Below are positions 27,502 through 38,488 of a stretch of 64,000 bases of DNA, in pieces (within the stretch, counting starts at the first letter, position 1; each line of letters starts with the position of its first letter). Source of the stretch: Candidatus Curtissbacteria bacterium RIFCSPLOWO2_12_FULL_41_16 (GTDB lineage: Bacteria; Patescibacteriota; Microgenomatia; Curtissbacterales; GWA2-41-24). Position numbers and translations under genes: made by a program. The notes under the pieces are model-generated. The model worked only from the letters and a program-made list of their open reading frames with translations. It made no database searches and was not told where the DNA came from. The stretch is from assembly GCA_001776545.1 (NCBI GenBank), contig MFBZ01000029.1, positions 11,988 through 75,987 of the forward strand, in the 5' to 3' direction.

Positions 27502-28802
27502 TGCCTTTTAGATTCTTCACCAAACCTTAAAATGGCGGCAAGTAAAATTAATAAGCTAATTAGAAAGTAGTAGTGGATAAATGCTAATTTATTAAAAAAG
27601 AAAAATGTAAAAAGAAAAAAAGCAACCGCAAGTACAAACCTTGACCAAATTCTACTTGCTGCCCATATTAAAGAAAAAATTCCGACTACCGTCCAGACAA
27701 AATATAAAAATATTTTCGGTATATCTCGTCCCCAAAGAAAATAGAAAAAAGTATTAACTGTAATACTATCGTACCTTGCGGGATAGTTTAAAAAAAATTT
27801 TATCGTATCGTGATAAAAATCAGAAAAAGACCATAAGGCAAATGGCAGAATAGAAACCCCAATCAACAAAAGTGCCCGAAGTATCACGGTTTTTTTTAAT
27901 TTTGTAAAAATCAGAAAAAAGGGGATCAATATCAGCAAGCTCTGTTTCAGGCTCAAGAAAAAAGCCAGTATTATGTAAGAATATAAGTCTTTTGCGCGTA
28001 CCCTAATCTGTAAGAAAATTAAACCCGCTAAAAAAGCAAAAATTAAGCCGTCAATCCAGGACTGTTCAAGAATAAAGGATCCGGATGGATGATATAAAAA
28101 CACAAGCGGCAATATAAATTTCAGGGATTTTGCTTTTGATTTCAAAGACTCAATTATTTTGTAAATTATAAAAGCAGTTACCAGGTCGCTGATTATAAAA
28201 GCTACTCTGGGGTCGGAAAACAAATAATCAATTGGCGCAAAGACCAAAAGAGTTAACGGAAAATAGGTAAAATAATCAGGAATGACACCGACATATCTTT
28301 GAGGATAAAGTTGACTATAGGGGTTTTCCCCGGAAAATAAATATCTCGGGCCTTCTTTTAACATATCAAAAACATCTATCCTTGGAGATGGTGAAGAAAT
28401 CAGAACCATCACCCTAAGAACAATCGCCAGAATAATCATCGCCAAAAATGACAGTTTTTGTATGTTATTTTTTTTGCCTGAACTTAAAACCAGAAAAAGA
28501 GAGAAAATCAAAACAAGAGGAATGGCCAATTTAATAAGATTAAACGCCGGTCCCGGTTCTTGATAAATACCGCCAAACAAAAGGACAAAAAGCAAACTAT
28601 TAATTATAAATACAAACGGAGCGATTAGCTCAAAGCCGATATTGTCAATGAAAGTTCTCTTTTTCAAAAAAAACGAAAAGCCAAAAAGCATGTAGGTAAA
28701 AGCGAGGACTAAAAATGAATGGTATGAATAAAAACCTCGGGATAAACTGTAGCCAAAGATCGAAATCAAGTACAAAACCAACAGAAAAGAAGCACTCTGC
28801 AT
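27498..28802 (-). CDS. Polytopic membrane protein, hypothetical (possibly GT-C/DUF2029-like)
   Basis: It is 434 aa and highly hydrophobic, with no soluble domain recognised. Confidence 0.35.
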   Translation of the reverse strand: MQSASFLLVLYLISIFGYSLSRGFYSYHSFLVLAFTYMLFGFSFFLKKRTFIDNIGFELIAPFVFIINSLLFVLLFGGIYQEPGPAFNLIKLAIPLVLIFSLFLVLSSGKKNNIQKLSFLAMIILAIVLRVMVLISSPSPRIDVFDMLKEGPRYLFSGENPYSQLYPQRYVGVIPDYFTYFPLTLLVFAPIDYLFSDPRVAFIISDLVTAFIIYKIIESLKSKAKSLKFILPLVFLYHPSGSFILEQSWIDGLIFAFLAGLIFLQIRVRAKDLYSYIILAFFLSLKQSLLILIPFFLIFTKLKKTVILRALLLIGVSILPFALWSFSDFYHDTIKFFLNYPARYDSITVNTFFYFLWGRDIPKIFLYFVWTVVGIFSLIWAASRIWSRFVLAVAFFLFTFFFFNKLAFIHYYFLISLLILLAAILRFGEESKRH

Positions 28803-28949
28803 TAAAAAACGGGCAGGAAAAATATTCTTAGGGTATCAGTATAAAACCAAAACAATCAAAATCCAATAGCAAAAGTAGTCTTTTTAAATCCTGGCTCTCT
28901 CAAGCCGGCAGACTCGACTTCTTATACAACAACTTATGGCTTATGTTAG

Positions 28950-28988
28950 ATGAAAAAGAGCACAATGGATATCCCGATTGTGCTCTTT
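28950..28988 (-). terminator. Rho-independent terminator downstream of pilA
   Basis: The minus strand reads aaagagcacaat-cgggatatcc-attgtgctcttttt, a 12-bp stem followed by a T-run. Confidence 0.55.
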
Positions 28989-29014
28989 AAATTTCAAGGC
29001 TTCTCAAACCTCAA

Positions 29015-29518
29015 TTATGGCGTACAGGAACCTTGTGTAATTTCTTTAGCCTTGCCTGTTGTTGATTGCCAACAGAATAGGAAAGTACCAGTACCTGAAG
29101 TTGGATCCTCCAGCGTGGCGTAAACTGACGCTTCTGTGGCGCTGCCACTCGTGTTGTAGCAATAACCATCTGCTGTTGGTCCGTTAGGAACTTGCTTAAC
29201 ATCACCGCTACCCGTCAAAGTCGTAAAACCGCCAACGGCAGTTCCGCAACCAGACCCCGTTGTTGGAAAATTCCCTTGTCCTGGAGTTGTGTAATATGCC
29301 TGAAGTGCCGTTGCCAACTGTCCAATGTCGCTTTTTCGGGCGGCATCTCTTGCCTGTCTTTGACGCTTTCCAGGATTCACCGCCACTAGAACCGCGGCCG
29401 CTAAAATCCCTAAAATTGCAATAACAATAAGAAGCTCGATTAAGGTAAAACCTCTAAATAAGCGGGCTTCTTTTCTCACTGTACTCGAAAATAATTTCTT
29501 TCGGGCAGTTACAATCAT
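29015..29518 (-). CDS. pilA: Type IV major pilin (PilA-like); a GTG at 29479 would give a typical short leader [10 protein letters not shown]
   Basis: [22 protein letters not shown] follows a class III signal. The C-terminal region is Ser/Thr/Gly-rich with two Cys pairs. The gene has its own terminator. Confidence 0.75.
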   Translation of the reverse strand: MIVTARKKLFSSTVRKEARLFRGFTLIELLIVIAILGILAAAVLVAVNPGKRQRQARDAARKSDIGQLATALQAYYTTPGQGNFPTTGSGCGTAVGGFTTLTGSGDVKQVPNGPTADGYCYNTSGSATEASVYATLEDPTSGTGTFLFCWQSTTGKAKEITQGSCTP

Positions 29519-29743
29519 TAAACTTATCTCACCCCCTTTTCAGGGATAAACTCTAAAAATATTCCCTACTAAAATTAAGTATCGAGTATTTGTTTTACGG
29601 TTGTCAAGGGGCAAGGAAACTCCGGCTAAAATCTGCTTTATCAGCTAAAATCAGGAGACAACTTCTCACTTCCAAATCAAAACTGACTCGTTAAATTTAG
29701 CCCCGCAGCGGAGCGAGGAGCGCAAGCTTACTTCCTTAAGTTA

Positions 29744-30952
29744 CTAAAATTGAGACGTAAGATTATATATTGGCAAAATAATCGAAATAACCAAAATGCC
29801 AACCCCTAAACCCAGAACAACCAAAATCACTGGTTCCAATGCTGTTGTCAGATTACGGATTGAATTTTCGCTTTCTGCTTCGAAATAAACAGAGAGTCGT
29901 CCTAAAACCTCGTCCATTTTGCCGGTTTCTTCCCCGACTCTAACCATCTGTCCGATAATCGGCGGGAAATCTGGATTCGCTGTCAATGGCTGATAAAGCG
30001 GTGATCCGCGTTCTACCCGCCCGATTGCAAACTCAATCCCTTCACGATATGAAGGACTAGCCAAAATATCGGCAACGACCTTGAGAGCGACGATAATTGG
30101 AATCCCGGTACCAATCAAAAGCCCTAGAGTCCTGGTAAATTGCGACAAAATAAGGCCTTTTCTGATTTTTCCCCAAATAGGCAAAATTAAAACAACCCTG
30201 GAAAGAAGTTGAGACCCGCGCTCGGTCTTTGCAAAAACTCTAAAAGCGTAAACGAATCCGAAAATCAAAAGAAGCAGTAACCACCAAAAACCGCGCATAA
30301 AGTTTGAGACCGCGACCAGAATTTTGGTTGGTAAGGGCAGCTCCGCTCCAATTTCCGTATACAAACTGGTTAATTTCGGAATCACAAAAATCATCATTAT
30401 GGTAACAACCAAAACCATCACCACCACCACAATTGCCGGATAAATAAAAGCTCCTCGGGTTTTTGCCTTAAACTCTCTTTCTTTTTCTAAAGACTCCGCG
30501 AGTTTATTAAGAACCTTATCCAAAACTCCACCGGTTTCTCCGGCCTCAACCAGCTTAATATAAATGACGTCAAAAATCTTAGGGTGGCGGCCAAGTGCCG
30601 CAGAAAGGGAGGTTCCTCCCTCGACGTCAGCCACAATTTCTGAAATTACATGGGCGAAGTTTTGATTTTTTGTTTGTTTTTCTAAAATAACTAAAGCATC
30701 GGTCAGTGGCAAACCTGCCGAAATCATTGTCGAAAGTTGCCTGGTAAAACCGAGGGTCTCAGATGAAGAAACGCCGGAGCTTGGCAAAAAAGTTCGTATC
30801 ACAGAACGGCTGGTGTTGCGTTTTCTAATTTCAACAGGAACCAAACCCTGGCCTTGCAGTGTTGTCACCAAAGCCTTTTCGTCAAGGGACTCAACATCGC
30901 CTATGAATTTTTTCCCGGTTAAATCTTTGGCAACATAGTGATAAAGAGACAT
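29744..30952 (-). CDS. pilC: Type IV pilus platform protein PilC (GspF family)
   Basis: It has two GspF repeats and three TM segments. Confidence 0.85.
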   Translation of the reverse strand: MSLYHYVAKDLTGKKFIGDVESLDEKALVTTLQGQGLVPVEIRKRNTSRSVIRTFLPSSGVSSSETLGFTRQLSTMISAGLPLTDALVILEKQTKNQNFAHVISEIVADVEGGTSLSAALGRHPKIFDVIYIKLVEAGETGGVLDKVLNKLAESLEKEREFKAKTRGAFIYPAIVVVVMVLVVTIMMIFVIPKLTSLYTEIGAELPLPTKILVAVSNFMRGFWWLLLLLIFGFVYAFRVFAKTERGSQLLSRVVLILPIWGKIRKGLILSQFTRTLGLLIGTGIPIIVALKVVADILASPSYREGIEFAIGRVERGSPLYQPLTANPDFPPIIGQMVRVGEETGKMDEVLGRLSVYFEAESENSIRNLTTALEPVILVVLGLGVGILVISIILPIYNLTSQF

Positions 30953-30967
30953 AAAGAGACACTTTGA

Positions 30968-32029
30968 CTAACTACTGTTGTTCCCCACCAACCGATCCAG
31001 TTCCTCAGGCCTCATACTGTAAGTCTTGGCAATATCCAAGGATATTCGTCCGGCACGCACTAAATAGGCAAGCGACGCATCCAAAAGAATCATCCCTGCC
31101 TCGCCCGATGTTTGAATAATATTATCGATTTGATGGGTTTTACCTTCACGAATTGCCGTCTGAACAGCTCCCGAAGAAAGAAGAATCTCGCAAACCGGAA
31201 GCCTGCCCCCGCCGATTGCCGGAACGAGTCTTATGGAAATAATTCCGGCAATTGTCGCAGCCAACTGCAATCGAACCTGCATCTGTTGATTTTCAGGAAA
31301 AACATCAATTATTCGGTCAATTGATTGCGCGGCCGAATTCGTGTGCAGTGTCGCAAAAACCAAATGGCCTGTTTCGGCAACCGTAATTGCCGAAGCGATC
31401 GTTTCAAAATCACGCATCTCACCGACCAAAACAACATCCGGATCCTCTCTTAGCGCTGAACGTAGTGACATCTCCCAGGAATGAGTGTCCAAATGCATCT
31501 CCCTCTGGGAAATCAAGGATTTTCCCTTCGGATAGACATACTCGATAGGATCTTCAATCGTCACAATGTGCACAGCACGCGTTAAATTAATTTCATTAGT
31601 CATCGAGGCAATAGTCGTTGACTTTCCATGACCTGTCGGGCCGGTCACTAAAATAAAACCCTGCCTTAACTTTGCAAAATTGTGGCAAATCTTGGGTAAG
31701 TTTAATTCCTCTATTGTTTTAATATAAGAGGGGATCAGTCTTAAAGCTGCCGAAAGATATCCTTTCTGAAAATAAGCGTTTACCCGAAAACGGGCTACGT
31801 CTCCCAGGGCAAACGAAAGGTCAAGCTCCTTATTGACTATAAGAATCTCTCTTTGCTCGGCCGATAAAAGTTCAAAGACCAAACTTTCCGTTTCCTCGGG
31901 CGTCAAAGGTGCGGATGTTATAGGCATCAGTTGTCCGTCAGAGCGCATCATCGGCGGTGATCCGGCAATTAAATGCAAGTCCGAGGCTTCCCTTCTAATA
32001 ACAATTTCTAAAAATTCCTGTATAGACAT
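30968..32029 (-). CDS. pilT: Twitching-motility retraction ATPase PilT
   Basis: Walker A reads GPTGHGKSTT, with Asp box, Walker B and His box, and the length is about 350 aa, typical of PilT. Confidence 0.85.
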   Translation of the reverse strand: MSIQEFLEIVIRREASDLHLIAGSPPMMRSDGQLMPITSAPLTPEETESLVFELLSAEQREILIVNKELDLSFALGDVARFRVNAYFQKGYLSAALRLIPSYIKTIEELNLPKICHNFAKLRQGFILVTGPTGHGKSTTIASMTNEINLTRAVHIVTIEDPIEYVYPKGKSLISQREMHLDTHSWEMSLRSALREDPDVVLVGEMRDFETIASAITVAETGHLVFATLHTNSAAQSIDRIIDVFPENQQMQVRLQLAATIAGIISIRLVPAIGGGRLPVCEILLSSGAVQTAIREGKTHQIDNIIQTSGEAGMILLDASLAYLVRAGRISLDIAKTYSMRPEELDRLVGNNSS

Positions 32030-32068
32030 TATAAATTTGAAATTTTCAATTTCAAATTGAAAATTATT
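32030..32068. repeat. AT-rich palindromic heptamer repeat between pilB and pilT
   Basis: Direct reading: taaatttgaaattttcaatttcaaattgaaaattatttt. Confidence 0.5.
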
Positions 32069-33820
32069 TTACTCTTCCGCTACTCTCAATACTTCCTCAA
32101 TCGTTGTTATTCCTTCAATAACCTTCATAAAACCGTCTTGTTTCATCGTAATCATTCCCTCTGAAACTGCCTGATTTTCAACAGCCTGGGATGTTTCATG
32201 TGCCAGGATCATCTTGGCAATTTTCTCCGAAACGACCAAAACTTCAAAAATACCGATTCTTCCCAAGTAACCTGTGTTGTTACATTCTTTACAGCCGTGT
32301 CCGGCAAAAAATGTTATTTTCCCGTCTTTTTCAAAATTATAGAGTTTCCCCAAACTCTTCTTCATAGATTCCAGAATGTCGCCGGTTACAGTCTTAATAC
32401 CTTTACAGGTTGGACAAATTTTACGGACGACCCGTTGCCCGACCACACAGGTAACGGTTGAGGCAATAAGGTAAGGTTCGGCCTGCATATCTAAAAGTCT
32501 CGGCAGAGCGCCTGCTGCATTATTAGTATGCAGTGTCGAAAAAACCAAATGTCCTGTTAGAGATGCCTGGATTGCCAACTCCGTTGTTTCCGTATCCCGA
32601 ATCTCGCCTACCATAATAATATTTGGGTCCTGTCGTAGGAACGATCTTAATCCTGAAGCAAAAGTTAAGCCGGCTTGGGAATTAACCTGAACCTGGTTAA
32701 CCCCTGCGATTTGATACTCGATTGGATCCTCCAAAGTCATAATGTTGACTCTTGTAGAATTTAACTTTGAAAGGACAGAATAGAGCGTAGTCGTTTTTCC
32801 GGAACCTGTAGGTCCGCAGACCAAAATAATTCCATGCGGCCTGGCGATATTTTCATCCAAATGCCGCAAAGCCATTCCCCGAAGCCCAAGCTCTGGCAAC
32901 GTCGGCACTCCACCGCTCTTTTTAAGAAGCCTCATGACCACCTTTTCCCCAAAGGCAGTCGGCATTGTCGAAAGCCTTAGGTCAATTTCCTCTTTGCCTA
33001 TTTTAAAGTTAAACCTTGCATCCTGAGGTAAACGTTTTTCGTCGATTTTCATATTGCCCAAAATTTTTATCCTGGAAACAATCGCATCGTGAATCCTCCT
33101 TGGCAAAATCAGTTTTTCATGCAAAATCCCGTCAATTCGATAGCGGATCCTGGTTTCGTTTTCCAGAGGTTCTATATGAATATCGGAGGCCCTGACTTTA
33201 ATTCCGTATTCCAGAAGGGTTGAAACGATCCTGGCAACTGGTGCCTCTCCCAAAACACCGCTTACGCCCGCCAGGGGCGCAAACGGGGTCACAAAAGTCG
33301 GCGTTGCTTCCTTGAGTGCTTCACCGACCTCAACTGAAAGACCGCGGGTAAACTTCTCTGCGATTGCCCTGTTTATCGTTTGAGCGGTTGCAATGTAAGG
33401 TCTAACCACCAATCCGGATTTTTTCTCGACGAATTCTAAAACCTGCAAATCCAAGGGGTCAACCATTGCCACCGACAAAGTCTCGCCTTCTTTGGCAATA
33501 GGAATAACCGTAAATCTCTTGGCAACTTCTTCCGGTAAAAAGGCCAAGACTTCGGGGGAAATTGGCTGCTGACTGGGGTCAACATAGGGAACACCAATTA
33601 CCTGGGCTTTGGCCGCTACAATTTGCTCCGGACTAACCCAACCCATCTGGGATAATACTTTTTCTGTCAGCTCTTGCCTTCTTTTCGCCTCGCTCTTAAC
33701 AAAAGTCAACTGCTCGGGGGTCAAAAGCCCCCTGGAGAAAAGCACGTCTTCTACATAAATTGCTCGGTAACCGACATTTGCATTCTGTTGTATATTTATC
33801 TTTTGGGCAGTAACGTCCAT
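32069..33820 (-). CDS. pilB: Type IV pilus assembly ATPase PilB (GspE family)
   Basis: It has an N-terminal GSPII domain, Walker A GPTGSGKTTT and a tetracysteine motif (CPTCKG...CKEC). The start was taken at MDVTAQ. Confidence 0.85.
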   Translation of the reverse strand: MDVTAQKINIQQNANVGYRAIYVEDVLFSRGLLTPEQLTFVKSEAKRRQELTEKVLSQMGWVSPEQIVAAKAQVIGVPYVDPSQQPISPEVLAFLPEEVAKRFTVIPIAKEGETLSVAMVDPLDLQVLEFVEKKSGLVVRPYIATAQTINRAIAEKFTRGLSVEVGEALKEATPTFVTPFAPLAGVSGVLGEAPVARIVSTLLEYGIKVRASDIHIEPLENETRIRYRIDGILHEKLILPRRIHDAIVSRIKILGNMKIDEKRLPQDARFNFKIGKEEIDLRLSTMPTAFGEKVVMRLLKKSGGVPTLPELGLRGMALRHLDENIARPHGIILVCGPTGSGKTTTLYSVLSKLNSTRVNIMTLEDPIEYQIAGVNQVQVNSQAGLTFASGLRSFLRQDPNIIMVGEIRDTETTELAIQASLTGHLVFSTLHTNNAAGALPRLLDMQAEPYLIASTVTCVVGQRVVRKICPTCKGIKTVTGDILESMKKSLGKLYNFEKDGKITFFAGHGCKECNNTGYLGRIGIFEVLVVSEKIAKMILAHETSQAVENQAVSEGMITMKQDGFMKVIEGITTIEEVLRVAEE

Positions 33821-33891
33821 ACTTTGATCATAACAAATAGTCAAGATAAATTGAAAATAGGGAAACATTGCTATATTGTTACATTGTTAAA

Positions 33892-34623
33892 ATGGAAAAA
33901 AAGAACAATAAAACAATGAAACAAGAAAACAACAGGTCAGTTACCAGATTTCAAAGCTACCTTGTCACTGGCCCGGAAGACTCGAGGCGCAAACAAACTC
34001 AATCTCTTGCCAAAACACTCGGCATAGATCTTACCAGGGTCTCCCTGGACATTTTTTTCATCTCTCCACAAAAAAGTTCTGTCACCATAGACCAGATTCG
34101 TGATCTCAAAAATCATATCTTCCAAAAACCTCTAAAATTAAACTACAAATTCATTCTAATTGAAAAAGCGCATAAATTAACTCATGAAGCCCAAAACGCT
34201 CTTTTAAAAATCCTCGAGGAACCACCAAGCCACGCCATCATTGTTTTGGAGGCCAAAGACAAATCCCAACTTTTACCGACAATCCAATCCCGAATTGTCA
34301 TCAAACAAGCTCGCCCGACAGATCAACCCTTTGAGACTAAGCGTATCAAAGAATCTAATCTTTTGACTGAAAAAAACATTGTTAAGCTTTTAGAAAAAAT
34401 CCCCGTAATCGACAATCCCATCCAGTGGCTCGATGATCAAATCATCCTACTACATAAAATGCTCAAGAAAAAAATCAGCGCTAATCAGCCTGCTATTTCA
34501 CCAGCAAAAATCAGCGATCTTATCGAGAAATGCGCCAAAACCAAACAAATGATTGAGGCAAACGTCAACCCCCGCTTTGCCCTCGCCAACCTAATCTTCT
34601 CCATATCATTAACCTCTAAATAG
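33892..34623 (+). CDS. holB: DNA polymerase III delta-prime subunit-like (short)
   Basis: It carries AQNALLKILEEPP, a degenerate P-loop and SRI/SRC-like TIQSRIV. Confidence 0.6.
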   Translation: MEKKNNKTMKQENNRSVTRFQSYLVTGPEDSRRKQTQSLAKTLGIDLTRVSLDIFFISPQKSSVTIDQIRDLKNHIFQKPLKLNYKFILIEKAHKLTHEAQNALLKILEEPPSHAIIVLEAKDKSQLLPTIQSRIVIKQARPTDQPFETKRIKESNLLTEKNIVKLLEKIPVIDNPIQWLDDQIILLHKMLKKKISANQPAISPAKISDLIEKCAKTKQMIEANVNPRFALANLIFSISLTSK

Positions 34624-34630
34624 CCACAAA

Positions 34631-34684
34631 TCCGCACGTGTCAACATAACCCACCCCAAGGGTGGATTAGCTTTACACACGCGG
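34631..34684 (-). repeat. REP element copy 3 (inverted, immediately 5' of the RAYT gene)
   Basis: ccgcacgtgtcaacataacccaccccaagggtggattagctttacacacgcgg; its reverse complement matches copy 1 with a few substitutions. Confidence 0.65.
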
Positions 34685-34706
34685 GGTTACATGTTTTAAT
34701 AAATCT

Positions 34707-35354
34707 ATGCCTTCAAGAATTATCCCTTTTGTCAACAATCAGTTCTATCATGTTTTTAATAGAGGAGTAGCCCAAATGCCCACCTTTAATGATAGATGGG
34801 ATTACAAAAGATTCATCAAGACATTCATCTATTATCAGATTCAAGGACCAAAACCAAAATTTTCCATTTTTAGCCCTGAGAATCATAATTTGGATACCAC
34901 TAAAAGGATTATTGAAATCATTTGCTATTGCCTGATGCCTAACCACTTTCACTTCCTCCTGCAACAAAAAGTTGATGGTGGAATCACAGATTTTGTCAGC
35001 AAAATAAGCAACAGCTATACCAAATACTTTAATACGAAAAACCAGAGGATCGGACCATTATTACAAGGGGAGTTTAAATCGGTTTATATTGAAACTAACG
35101 AACAACTCATCCATGTATCAAGATATATTCATCTAAATCCGCTAGTCTCATTCCTGACAGATAATTTAGAAACTTATCAGTGGTCTTCTTATTTGGAATA
35201 CTTGAAAGAGGTTAAAAATAACACTTGTTCGAAAGGGATTATCCTTGACCAATTTAAATCTCCGCAAGATTACAAGCAATTCGTCCTAGACCAAGAAAAC
35301 TACGGAAAAAAACTAGAGATGATCAAACACCAGCTGCTTGATTTACCAGCCTGA
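34707..35354 (+). mobile_element. REP-associated tyrosine transposase (RAYT, IS200/Y1 HUH superfamily)
   Basis: Y1 transposase motifs are present: HxH (MPNHFHFLL), a catalytic Tyr region (SRYIHLNPL) and YQWSSY. The 215-aa length is RAYT-like, and the gene is flanked by inverted REPs. Confidence 0.75.
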
Positions 35355-35355
35355 T

Positions 35356-35388
35356 CCGCAGGTGTAAAGCTAATCCACCCTTGGGGTG
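35356..35388 (+). repeat. REP element copy 4 (forward, truncated, immediately 3' of RAYT)
   Basis: ccgcaggtgtaaagctaatccacccttggggtg is identical to the left arm and loop of copy 1. Confidence 0.65.
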
Positions 35389-35558
35389 TCTCCACTTTTA
35401 AACTCTTTTATAATCCACGCCTCTCTTAACCCCAAAATAAGAAGGCTTGTTTTATTCGCTTCGCTCTCAAAATAGCTTGCTTTTGAAGCTAAAAATCTGT
35501 TAAAATTGACAGAGTGATTGCTCTTCTGTAACACTGGATTCTAACCAAATTCCTATGA

Positions 35559-37532
<1,974 letters not shown>

Positions 37533-37542
37533 CCAAACTATC

Positions 37543-38109
37543 ATGGATCCAACACCTGAAATTCAAGAACTAGACAAAGAAATCATTAAAGCCCAATTTC
37601 AAGCTTGGATGAAAGAATTAAAAATAAAGGGCGAGAAATTTTCTAATGGTTCACAATCCTTAGAACTCGCTTTTGATAGGAGTGATGATCCCGAATCAAA
37701 ATTCAACGAAGAAACAGTCCTTCTTCAACAACCTAGACCGGAAGAACTACCAGAAATACCAAGAATCAATGGCGAACAATGGTTAGGAATTACCATTGTA
37801 CCGAAAAACCCATACAACTCAAGAGTCGGTTTGATGAAAGGAGTCCATAGCATTGGCCTTAGCCCAAGCTTGAAGGGTGATGCTGCTGAAGCTCTTATTG
37901 TCTTTTTATCTAACTCTGGAAGAGATTATCAAAAAACAGTCTGGCGCCCAATTCGCAGACAATCACTAAGAGAAGAACCAGAACGGCGAGAAACTTTAGA
38001 TTTCGCCACATTTAATCAAGAACTTGAACCACTCCAACCTTTAAGTGGCCAAACCTTAGAAAGATTGAATTTTTTGTATAACCTAGCATTTAGGGGTTCA
38101 ACCACTTAA
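37543..38109 (+). CDS. Hypothetical protein inserted between gyrB and gyrA
   Basis: The ORF is taken from MDPTPEIQ. It has no recognisable domain and lies in the gyrB-gyrA operon position. Confidence 0.4.
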   Translation: MDPTPEIQELDKEIIKAQFQAWMKELKIKGEKFSNGSQSLELAFDRSDDPESKFNEETVLLQQPRPEELPEIPRINGEQWLGITIVPKNPYNSRVGLMKGVHSIGLSPSLKGDAAEALIVFLSNSGRDYQKTVWRPIRRQSLREEPERRETLDFATFNQELEPLQPLSGQTLERLNFLYNLAFRGSTT

Positions 38110-38151
38110 AAGGGTTAATATAAATCAGCCCTTTAGGTCAAAAAAAAATTC

Positions 38152-38415
38152 ATGAATAATCAACAGAAAACAATAACCGAAGAAACAGCCAAAAGACTAT
38201 CGGAGACTTTGCAACTTGCCAAAAAACCTGTTTACCACATCCGCAATAGTCAAATTGCGGCAGGCGTCACCGGCTCGATCGGTCTAATAATTTTTGCTCT
38301 GGGAGTCGAGAATCTCATGACAAACGTTCTTAAAATCTCTTCTCCATATGTTGAAATCATGCTCGGATTAATATTGCTTTCCATCTCGGGACTATTTTTA
38401 AAGAAGCTCTTGTAA
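38152..38415 (+). CDS. Small two-TM membrane protein, hypothetical
   Basis: It is 87 aa with two hydrophobic helices (GVTGSIGLIIFALGV and IMLGLILLSISGLFL). Confidence 0.35.
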   Translation: MNNQQKTITEETAKRLSETLQLAKKPVYHIRNSQIAAGVTGSIGLIIFALGVENLMTNVLKISSPYVEIMLGLILLSISGLFLKKLL

Positions 38416-38488
38416 CCAGGGCAGCTTCTCGAAGGCGGGAACTTCCGCAATTTTTTAATTTTGAACTTTTAATTTTAAATTAACCATC

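Noticed and set aside
29519-29743. Sigma-54 promoter (TGGCAC-N5-TTGCA) upstream of pilA
   Set aside because: I searched the pilA upstream region on the coding strand and found no GG-N10-GC element. The GC-rich stretch cccgcagcggagcgaggagcgc does not match.
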